Below, one piece after another: positions 29,614-36,693 of a stretch of 64,000 nucleotides of DNA. The stretch's first letter is position 1. Each line of letters opens with the position of its first letter. The stretch is taken from the NCBI GenBank assembly GCA_965222075.1, contig OZ244937.1:1440001-1504000 (forward strand), in the 5' to 3' direction. Below the pieces are notes generated by a model. The model was not told the DNA's origin and did no database searches. It saw nothing but the letters and a program-made list of their open reading frames with translations. The stretch is from Candidatus Latescibacterota bacterium (GTDB lineage: Bacteria; Latescibacterota; UBA2968; GCA-2709665). A program made the translations under genes and the position numbers.

Positions 29614-30483
29614 TCAGGCCTCTCCACGCTTTCCCTGGGCAAGCTCCGCATTCAGCTCTCCACCCACAAGCAGGAACAGGGCCGTGAGGTAAATCCAGAT
29701 CTGGAGAGCGATAAATCCGCCCAGGAGGCCGTAGACCCTGTTGTAATAGCTGAAATTGCCCACATAATATCCAAACCCCTTGGAAAGGAAAAACCAGAGC
29801 ACGGCAAACAGCACGGCGCCAGGCAGCACCTGCAGGAGTTTTGGCCTGTAGTTGGGCGCAATGTGGTAGAGCAACCCGGCCATCACCACCGCACTTAAGA
29901 AACCGACCGGCCATTTGAGCAACACGACCAGGGAGGGAAGCACACCTTCCACCAGACCAAGACGCACCAGCAGCTGTTGTTCAATCCACGTTCCCATGAT
30001 CAGGAAGTTAAAGGAGACCACCATAGCCAGCCCCACCCCGACCATCAGCCCAACAGAAAGCATTCGGCGAAACCAGAAGGACCGGGCCTCCTCAACGCCA
30101 TAGGCCCGGTTGAGGGCCTTGATCGTCGCCGAGATCGCGCTTGAGGCGGCCCACAGCGCCCCCAAAAGACCGATGGTCATAAGCTTTGGGGAACTGGCTG
30201 CAACCAGATTGCGGACATTTTCCTCCACCATTTCCCTCACAAGATCGTGGAGGAAAATCCCCATCACATCCAGAGACCTGGACACAAATTCCGGCGTAAT
30301 CCCCAGAAGCCCGGCCAGAGCCGCGGTAAACACCGCCGCCGGAAAGATGGAAAGAGAGAAGTCGAATGCCATCTCACCGGCGATCTCCGTGCACTCATGG
30401 TCCATAACGCGGCGAAAGACACGCTTGCAGATCTGAGCGATCGTTCGGCCCCATTTCCATCTCCATAATCTACGGTCCGCCAT
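29614..30483 (-). CDS. YihY/virulence factor BrkB family membrane protein
   Basis: LSIFPA, LWAASSA...ALNRAY, YNRVYGLLGG...WIY...GGELNA. Start uncertain. Confidence 0.9.
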   Translation of the reverse strand: MADRRLWRWKWGRTIAQICKRVFRRVMDHECTEIAGEMAFDFSLSIFPAAVFTAALAGLLGITPEFVSRSLDVMGIFLHDLVREMVEENVRNLVAASSPKLMTIGLLGALWAASSAISATIKALNRAYGVEEARSFWFRRMLSVGLMVGVGLAMVVSFNFLIMGTWIEQQLLVRLGLVEGVLPSLVVLLKWPVGFLSAVVMAGLLYHIAPNYRPKLLQVLPGAVLFAVLWFFLSKGFGYYVGNFSYYNRVYGLLGGFIALQIWIYLTALFLLVGGELNAELAQGKRGEA

Positions 30484-30625
30484 CGAGAGAGAACTGCCCC
30501 CTGGCATGTGTAAGGGCCAACCTGAAGATAGCTGCAATTTAAGCATTTACAAGCAAGATCGCAAGAACCATCCGCCAATGCAACAGGAAAATAAGAGAAC
30601 GCACCACCTCTTGCGCTCCAGCCGG

Positions 30626-30658
30626 AAAAAAAACGGGCAGGGCCGCTTCGCCCTGCCC
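30626..30658 (-). terminator. Terminator after the sigma factor gene
   Basis: GGGCAGGGC-cgcttc-GCCCTGCCC with A8 (U8 on the minus strand). Confidence 0.85.
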
Positions 30659-30674
30659 ACTCTGCGCTCTGCCC

Positions 30675-30695
30675 GCCTGCCTGCTGCAGGCAGGC
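30675..30695. repeat. Short palindromic element (minimal form)
   Basis: GCCTGCCTG-CTG-CAGGCAGGC. Confidence 0.85.
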
Positions 30696-30702
30696 TGGAA
30701 CC

Positions 30703-31605
30703 TCAGACCACGTCTTCCCAGGAGTCTTCGGCGTGCACCCGTTGTTTAAAAAACCGGCGCAGTTTTCCCAGGGCCCGGTTGCGGATCTGGCGCACCCGCT
30801 CACGCGTCACACCCAGGTTCGCCCCGATCTCTCCCAGGGTGTGCCGCTCCTGGCCGTCCAGCCCGAAATAGGCCCGAATCACCTCTGCCTCCCGGCTGTC
30901 CAAGCTGCCGATCAGCGATTCGTTGACCAACTCCAGGCGATCCCGTTCCAGAACATGCAAATCGGGCTCCGGCTCTTCTACCTGGAGGATCTGGAGCAGC
31001 GTCTGCTCTCCAGCCGGATCCATCGGAGATTCCAGCGAAAGGTCGGAACGGACACACCGAAGTGCGCGTTCCGCACGCTTCCGGCTGATCTTCATGTCGG
31101 TGGCCACTTCGTCCAGCGTGGGCACCCGGCCCAGTTCCTGCGTCATCTGCCCCCAGCGCCTCGCCATCCGGTCCATGTCTTCCTGACGATTGGCCGGCAT
31201 CGAGACCGTCGAGGTCCGCTTCAGGGCGTTCAGAATGGCCTGGCGGATCCACCAGACCGCATAGCTGATGAACTTATACCCCCGCTTCTCATCAAACCGC
31301 TTAAGGGCCTCCATCAACCCCATGTTTCCCTCTGCAATCAGGTCCGACAGGGGCACCCCACGGCCCTGGTATTCTAAAGCGACACTGACCACAAAGCGCA
31401 GGTTGGAGGTAATCAACCGTTCAATGGCCCTGGCATCCCCTTTCCGGGCACGCCGCAGGGTCTTTTCTTCCTCCTTGCGGCTCATCGGAGGGTACTTGCG
31501 CAATTCCTTCAGATATCGCTGCACGGAAGCATCGTGTGCAGAACGCGTCTGAACCGTATCGTTCGAATCCATATCCAGCAACGACTCCTCTCGGATTTCT
31601 GTCAT
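30703..31605 (-). CDS. RNA polymerase sigma-70 factor, RpoD/SigA family lacking region 1.1
   Basis: SNLRFVVSVA, DLIAEGNMGL, GYKFISYAVWWIRQAI, TLGEIGANLGVTRERVRQI; ATG 31605 with GGAGGTGA RBS. Confidence 0.95.
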   Translation of the reverse strand: MTEIREESLLDMDSNDTVQTRSAHDASVQRYLKELRKYPPMSRKEEEKTLRRARKGDARAIERLITSNLRFVVSVALEYQGRGVPLSDLIAEGNMGLMEALKRFDEKRGYKFISYAVWWIRQAILNALKRTSTVSMPANRQEDMDRMARRWGQMTQELGRVPTLDEVATDMKISRKRAERALRCVRSDLSLESPMDPAGEQTLLQILQVEEPEPDLHVLERDRLELVNESLIGSLDSREAEVIRAYFGLDGQERHTLGEIGANLGVTRERVRQIRNRALGKLRRFFKQRVHAEDSWEDVV

Positions 31606-31621
31606 CTCATCACCTCCTGGC

Positions 31622-31642
31622 ACCTGCCTGCTGCAGGCAGGT
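31622..31642. repeat. Short palindromic element (minimal form) next to the sigma RBS
   Basis: ACCTGCCTG-CTG-CAGGCAGGT. Confidence 0.85.
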
Positions 31643-31710
31643 CAGTATCCAAGGCCTGGAGATTTTGGGGTGCATATCTTAAACGAACCGTCTGTCAAAA
31701 AGTTCCACGC

Positions 31711-31739
31711 GCCTGCCTGCGTCCCCCGGACAGGCAGGC
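31711..31739. repeat. Short palindromic element (long form)
   Basis: GCCTGCCTGCGTCC-CCC-GGACAGGCAGGC. Confidence 0.85.
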
Positions 31740-31960
31740 CAACTATGCCCAACCCGCCTCAAACTGTCATTATGGCAGTACAACATGCTGCCATGTGACT
31801 GTGAGCCAAAAAAGCGTCGCTTCTCAGAGCATCCAGGCGAAAGCAGCGCCTTTCACAAAATCTAACATAAGCTATTGCTTTATAAAATTTTATCTCCGAA
31901 CCAATCCGTCCAAATCAATCGCCTGCTCAATGAGCACCGACCCCTTTGCGCCCTAAGGTA

Positions 31961-31977
31961 TGCATAATCTGTGCCAG
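31961..31977 (-). promoter_or_regulatory. Candidate sigma54 (-24/-12) promoter upstream of the sigma70 gene
   Basis: Minus strand CTGGCACAGATTATGCA (GG-N10-GC spacing). Confidence 0.4.
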
Positions 31978-32088
31978 AACATCAAATTCAGGCGTTTTTG
32001 TTTTCTCTCTACAATCTATTAGATGATCCTGACCCACAATTTGTTTCCGAATGGCCCCATTGACCAGACGCGTAATACACTTTCTTCA

Positions 32089-32128
32089 AAAAATAATAAA
32101 GGGTTATGACGCTTTCGTCATAACCCTT
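32089..32128 (-). terminator. Terminator after tRNA-Arg
   Basis: AAGGGTTATGAC-gctttc-GTCATAACCCTT followed by a U-rich tract on the minus strand. Confidence 0.85.
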
Positions 32129-32299
32129 CTGGTTTGACATGGTGGGACATACAGGATTCGAACCTGTGACCTCTGGTTCCGGAGACCAGCGCTCTATCCA
32201 GACTGAGCTAACCCTTCTGGTTTGACATGGTGGGACATACAGGATTCGAACCTGTGACCTCTGGTTCCGGAGACCAGCGCTCTATCCAGACTGAGCTAA
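32121..32299. repeat. Perfect 88-bp tandem duplication covering most of tRNA-Arg
   Basis: 32121-32208 is identical to 32209-32296; the units are bounded by TAA microhomology. Confidence 0.95.
32140..32211 (-). pseudogene. 5'-truncated copy of tRNA-Arg(CCG)
   Basis: Identical to the intact gene but the 5' acceptor strand GGGGCAT is replaced by GAAGGGT, so the acceptor stem is disrupted. Confidence 0.85.
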
Positions 32300-32305
32300 T
32301 GCCCC
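32228..32305 (-). tRNA. tRNA-Arg(CCG)
   Basis: GGGGCAT/ATGTCCC acceptor; anticodon arm CTGGT-CTCCGGA-ACCAG; GGTTCGAATCC; CCA encoded. Confidence 0.97.
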
Positions 32306-32319
32306 GCGCTCAAATCCGT

Positions 32320-32415
32320 CTAACGGTCCCGCTTTTTATGCCGGTCTCTTCTCCGGCGCTTCTTCCGTTTGTGCGTCGCAATCTTCCGCCGTTTTCGCTT
32401 TCTTCCACAGGGCAA
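32320..32415 (-). CDS. 31-aa basic protein, bS22/mS38 (AURKAIP1/COX24-domain) ribosomal protein-like; not in the ORF track
   Basis: AGGAGG RBS then TTG start; MPCGRKRKRRKIATHKRKKRRRRDRHKKRDR*; lies between hup and tRNA-Arg. Confidence 0.85.
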   Translation of the reverse strand: MPCGRKRKRRKIATHKRKKRRRRDRHKKRDR

Positions 32416-32448
32416 TAGAACACCTCCTCTTGTGACTGTCGATATGTG

Positions 32449-32742
32449 TCAACGCTCGCCCCTCTGGCCCCCCTCCACACCGGATCGAAGTTCCCGGGAG
32501 GGCTTGAAAACCGGCACAGACCGTTCAGAAATCTTCACGACCTCGCCCGTCTTGGGATTTCTTCCGGTCCGGGAAGCCCGGGTGACCACCTTAAAGGTCC
32601 CAAAGCCTCGAATTTCGACGTGTTCCCCCTTCTGCAGTGCCGAACTCACAGAGGAAAGGAATCCTTCAACCACAGTGGCCGTATCGGTCTTGGTCAGTCC
32701 GACCGCCTCTGCAATCTGATTCACAATGTCGGCTTTGGTCAC
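32449..32742 (-). CDS. hup: HU family DNA-binding protein
   Basis: MTKADIV...VEIRGFGTF...RTGRNPKTGE...PVFKPSRELR. Confidence 0.95.
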   Translation of the reverse strand: MTKADIVNQIAEAVGLTKTDTATVVEGFLSSVSSALQKGEHVEIRGFGTFKVVTRASRTGRNPKTGEVVKISERSVPVFKPSRELRSGVEGGQRGER

Positions 32743-33011
32743 CTAAAACCCTTTCTTAATTCTTAACCATCAAGGAAATTTCTCCTCTGGCCGGATATGC
32801 CTGAAAATCGATTGAGCGTAAATTATGAAAATGGGGTACGTTTGTCAATAGAAATCGCCCTGGACCGCCTCCGGGTCCATCACTACGGAGATCTTCCGAG
32901 AAAGCCCACGCATCCATTGGTGGCATTTCCCTTGCATTCCTGGATAGAGTCCGTATATTTTTTCGTAAATCGGCTGGTGGGTGAGCCAGGATCTGAGTTG
33001 AGGGAATTGCA

Positions 33012-33458
33012 ATGGAAAGTCAAATTTATGACGTCAGCGGTGGTGTTCATCGCATGTTTCGTGTGTTCATCTTTCTTTTTGGAGCTACAACCATTATGAA
33101 CGGTGTTATGGGTCTTCGTCGCGGAGACCTCATATTTGGTATAATTATGTCAGTCTGTGGACTTATTTTCGCCGTGCCGGCCTTTTTTATTCATTATATC
33201 GATACGTATAAGATTACGCTCCAAGATGAGTGTTTGAAGTTTAAGCGAAGTCCGTTTAGGGAACGTGTTTTACCTTGGGATGATATTTCCATCATTCGGG
33301 TCAAATGGCTTAGTTTAGATATTGAATTAAAGACCGGGAAGATTGAGAAGATCAATTTTTCTGACTGGGGCTATGAGAAGAATCAAACCGTGAAACCAAT
33401 ATTCCTTTCAGATTTAAAGAAATATGCTCAGGCGAAAGGAATAGAAATAGTAGAGTAA
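33012..33458 (+). CDS. Hypothetical membrane protein (2 TM plus a possible PH-like domain), AT-rich
   Basis: 148-aa ORF with two hydrophobic segments and a ...LPWDDISIIRV... motif; composition differs from its neighbours. Confidence 0.7.
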   Translation: MESQIYDVSGGVHRMFRVFIFLFGATTIMNGVMGLRRGDLIFGIIMSVCGLIFAVPAFFIHYIDTYKITLQDECLKFKRSPFRERVLPWDDISIIRVKWLSLDIELKTGKIEKINFSDWGYEKNQTVKPIFLSDLKKYAQAKGIEIVE

Positions 33459-33565
33459 AGAAATCGCTCGAATCGGCGGATTCGCGTGAAAGGCCCAGGC
33501 GACTTCAGGTAACATCGGCTTCAAGTTCACCACCTTCCCACCCCCCCACAACCTAAAGATGATGA

Positions 33566-33883
33566 ATGGATATTCAGAACATCATTCAAGCTATAGAATC
33601 GCAACAATACCGCATCACTGATCATGCAGATGAAGAAGCTCAATCGGATCAGCTGAAGTTTGAAGAAATATTCTATTCCGTACGCAATGGCGAAATTATT
33701 GAAGATTATCCAACGGATCATCCCTACCCAAGCTGTCTGATATATGGTTCAAATGCAGAAGGAGCACCCATACATAGTGTTTGGGCCTACAATGAGGCGA
33801 ATCAATGGGCAGTTTTGATCACAGTTTACTGCCCTGACTCAACACGTTGGATAAATTGGCGTGAAAGGAGAAAGGATTTATGA
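33566..33883 (+). CDS. DUF4258 domain protein (predicted toxin)
   Basis: ITDHADEE...GEIIEDYP..PYPSCLIYG...PIHSVW...LITVY.PD...W. Confidence 0.88.
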   Translation: MDIQNIIQAIESQQYRITDHADEEAQSDQLKFEEIFYSVRNGEIIEDYPTDHPYPSCLIYGSNAEGAPIHSVWAYNEANQWAVLITVYCPDSTRWINWRERRKDL

Positions 33884-34125
33884 AGCCATTTGATCAATGC
33901 CCGGTATGTGGTGGCGAACTTGGAGAAAAAGAGGTCGAGAAGGTTTTACGAGGCGGGAATCATACTGCAATCTTAACCGTTCAAGCTGAAGTTTGTCTGC
34001 ATTGTGGTGAACGTCTTTATACGCCGGAGGCTATAAACCGTTTTGAGGAGATTAGATCAAAATTAGAACGGGAAGAAATCGCCGATTTTCAACCTGTTGG
34101 TCAAGCCTTTCAAGTAACACCATAG
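33880..34125 (+). CDS. YgiT/MqsA-type zinc-finger protein (predicted antitoxin)
   Basis: CPVCGG...VCLHCGERLY; ATGA overlap with the DUF4258 stop. Confidence 0.88.
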   Translation: MKPFDQCPVCGGELGEKEVEKVLRGGNHTAILTVQAEVCLHCGERLYTPEAINRFEEIRSKLEREEIADFQPVGQAFQVTP

Positions 34126-34175
34126 GTTGTGGGTTCTCTACGGTGACAATCGAATCCAAAGCGGGAGGATACAAA

Positions 34176-34220
34176 CCATGGGCGTCATCACGATCTCCAT
34201 GGGCGTCATCACGATCTCCA
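34176..34220 (+). repeat. Perfect 21-bp tandem duplication of the gene start
   Basis: CCATGGGCGTCATCACGATCT x2 + CCA, giving MGVITIS-MGVITIS. Confidence 0.95.
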
Positions 34221-34903
34221 GGGAATACGGCAGCGATGGCCACACGGTCGCACGCAAGGCGGCGGACAGGTTGGGCTACCTCTGTATGGACAAGGAACTG
34301 ATCGTGGAAGTGGCCCGCCAGGCGCAGGTCCCCGTATCCGAGGTGGAACGCTTCGACGAACAACCGGAACACCCCGCGCTACGCGTGCTCAGAAAGTTTC
34401 TGACACCGGGGTATCCCGACGCCCTAACCGGCCTGTCGGAGTACGAATGGTGGGCCACGGTCACGGTCCCCGAATTCACCGGCCGGGGAGACCGGACGCT
34501 CTCCGTCTTAGACGAAGAGGCCTACGTGAAGCTGACACAGGACGTCATCTTACGCCTGGCGAACCGCGGCAATGTCGTCCTTGTGGGACGCGGCAGCCAG
34601 GCGCTCCTGACCGGTCGATCCAATGTCCTGCATGCGCGCATCGTGGCCCCTGTGGACTACCGAATTCGGACCACGATGGAGCGGGACGGCCTGGAGCGCC
34701 AGGACGCGGCCAGACGGATGCAGAAGGTGGACGAGCAGCGAAAGCGCTACGTCAAGCGGCACTACGGCATCAACCGGAACGTTCCGCAACATTACCACCT
34801 CACCGTCAACACGGCCCAGATCGGTGTGGAGGGCGCAGCCGACATCGTCGTGGAGGCCACGCGCCACCTGCCGATGGAACGGGGCTATTATCCGCAGGGA
34901 TGA
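34178..34903 (+). CDS. Cytidylate kinase-like family protein
   Basis: VITISREYGSDG, VVLVGRG, D..RKRY...Y, YHLTVNT; GGGAGG RBS before ATG 34178. Confidence 0.9.
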   Translation: MGVITISMGVITISREYGSDGHTVARKAADRLGYLCMDKELIVEVARQAQVPVSEVERFDEQPEHPALRVLRKFLTPGYPDALTGLSEYEWWATVTVPEFTGRGDRTLSVLDEEAYVKLTQDVILRLANRGNVVLVGRGSQALLTGRSNVLHARIVAPVDYRIRTTMERDGLERQDAARRMQKVDEQRKRYVKRHYGINRNVPQHYHLTVNTAQIGVEGAADIVVEATRHLPMERGYYPQG

Positions 34904-34937
34904 ATGCCAGACAAAGGGACCGTACGTATTCCTACCC

Positions 34938-34973
34938 AAAAAGAAGGCCCCGAAGAAAATCCTTCGGGGCCTT
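34938..34973. terminator. Terminator between convergent genes
   Basis: AAGGCCCCGAAG-aaaatc-CTTCGGGGCCTT. Confidence 0.8.
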
Positions 34974-35014
34974 GCCTGCTTCCAGGGACGCAGACCGCAG
35001 AGATCACAAAAGTT

Positions 35015-35458
35015 TTACGCTCTTCCCTTCTCCAACATCCCCACCAGCATCTCCAGCGCCGCAATATATCCCCGCCACTTAAACCCCGCGATCTGTCCGA
35101 CCGCCACTGCCGAAATACACGAACACCGCCGGAACTCCTCCCGGGCGTGGATATTGGACAGGTGCACCTCCACGGTCGGCAGCCGGCTGTCTTCAATCGC
35201 ATCCCGGAGCGAATACCCGACCCCGGTCAGCCCCGCGGGATTGACAATCATCCCCTGCACATTTTCTCGTTCGGCCTGGATCTTATCCACCAGATCGCCC
35301 TCGTGGTTCGACTGGAGAAACACCAGCTCGCAGCCCAACTCGCCGGCCTTCTCCGCCATCTGTCGGTGAATCTCCTCCAGCGGCATCACCCCGTAGTGTT
35401 CGGCCTTCCGTTTGCCCAGCATATTCAGATTGGGCCCCTGCAGGACAAGGATCACCAT
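35015..35458 (-). CDS. aroQ: Type II 3-dehydroquinate dehydratase
   Basis: GPNLNMLGKR...YG, QSNHEG, NPAG, VEVHLSNIHAREEFR; start ATG 35458. Confidence 0.96.
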   Translation of the reverse strand: MVILVLQGPNLNMLGKRKAEHYGVMPLEEIHRQMAEKAGELGCELVFLQSNHEGDLVDKIQAERENVQGMIVNPAGLTGVGYSLRDAIEDSRLPTVEVHLSNIHAREEFRRCSCISAVAVGQIAGFKWRGYIAALEMLVGMLEKGRA

Positions 35459-35522
35459 TGGCTGCTCCCCTGAAAAGCGTTCATTCTCCATTTCGGTGCT
35501 GCCATTGTCTGATCTCCTCCTC

Positions 35523-35584
35523 AACATGGATGGACAGGATAGACAGGATAAGGAAAAATCCTGTTCATCGTGTGTATCCATGTT
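35523..35584. repeat. 62-bp imperfect palindrome (ACAGGAT-type repeat)
   Basis: AACATGGATGGACAGGATAGACAGGAT-aaggaaaa-ATCCTGTTCATCGTGTGTATCCATGTT, intergenic. Confidence 0.75.
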
Positions 35585-35592
35585 CCGGAATT

Positions 35593-36672
35593 TCATGTAT
35601 ACATTTCGTACCGCCCCTCCTGGTTCAGCCGCTCCACCACATCCTTCACCCGCTGCGCCCCGTCCCGCCGGCAGATCAGGAGCGCATCGGGTGTATCCAC
35701 CACAACCAGGTCCTCCACGTCAACCAGCGCAATCAGCTTTCCGGTGGGACCGCAGGCCGTCACGCGTCGCGCATCGAGCGCCAGGATCTCGCCCGAAAAG
35801 AGGCTGCCCTCCGCATCGGTCGGCAGCACATCGGTCAGCGCCCCCCAGCTCCCGATGTCGCTCCAGTCGATATCGGCCTCCAGTGTGGCCACCCGCTCTG
35901 CCCGTTCAAGAATGGCATAATCAACGGCAACCTCCGCCATCTTCGGATATTCCCGCGCGATCGTCCCGGCCTCTTCCGGCGTCCCCACGGCGCGCTGGAT
36001 CTGCATCAGGATCTCATAAATCTCCGGCTCAAACCGTCTAAAAAGATCCAGCACCGTCCCTGCCTTCCACACGAACATATTGCTGTTCCAAAGGTACTGC
36101 CCACTCTCCGTATAGGCCCTGGCCCGCGCCTCGTCCGGTTTCTCCGTAAACGCCTCAACCGCATAGACCGGCTCTGCCTCAACCCGCTTCAGCACCTCCC
36201 CTTTCCGGATGTGTCCGTAGCCCGTCTCCACCCGCGTTGGCACCACGCCAATGGTAAAAAGCGTATCGGGCGTCTCCTCCAGCGCGGCCCCGGCAACCCG
36301 AAGCAGGCGGCAGAATTCGTCTGGCCTTCCAATATGGGCGTCCGATCCGAGGCTGGCAACGGTGCAGCCGGGAAAACGCGCCTCTAAAAGCGCGCATTCC
36401 AGCCCCACGGCCGGACCGGTATTGCGCAGCGCCGGTTCCACGATCAGACACTCGGCCGGAAGGTCGGGAACCTGTTCACACACGAGGGAAACCAGATTGA
36501 CGCCCGTAGAGACGAACAGATCCCCCGGGCCTACCAGCGGGCCGATGCGGTCCACGGCCTCCTGGAGCATCGTGCGGTCGCCGACCATCGCGTGGAACTG
36601 TTTGGGGCGGTCTTTCCGGCTATAAGGCCACAGGCGCGTGCCCACCCCCCCGGCACGGATAATGACTTTCAT
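35593..36672 (-). CDS. Mannose-1-phosphate guanylyltransferase
   Basis: AGGVGTRLWPYSRKDRPKQF, EPALRNTGPA, ETGYGHI, FTEKPD, WNSNMF, WSDIGSW. Confidence 0.93.
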   Translation of the reverse strand: MKVIIRAGGVGTRLWPYSRKDRPKQFHAMVGDRTMLQEAVDRIGPLVGPGDLFVSTGVNLVSLVCEQVPDLPAECLIVEPALRNTGPAVGLECALLEARFPGCTVASLGSDAHIGRPDEFCRLLRVAGAALEETPDTLFTIGVVPTRVETGYGHIRKGEVLKRVEAEPVYAVEAFTEKPDEARARAYTESGQYLWNSNMFVWKAGTVLDLFRRFEPEIYEILMQIQRAVGTPEEAGTIAREYPKMAEVAVDYAILERAERVATLEADIDWSDIGSWGALTDVLPTDAEGSLFSGEILALDARRVTACGPTGKLIALVDVEDLVVVDTPDALLICRRDGAQRVKDVVERLNQEGRYEMYT

Positions 36673-36693
36673 CCAAACCTCCTGTTTCGCATC

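Noticed and set aside
32121-32305. Integrated prophage or island at tRNA-Arg
   Set aside because: The duplicated copies are directly adjacent, with no cargo or integrase.
35459-35596. N-terminal extension of aroQ in the ORF track
   Set aside because: It is read-through of the intergenic palindrome; the ATG at 35458 has its own RBS and gives the normal length.
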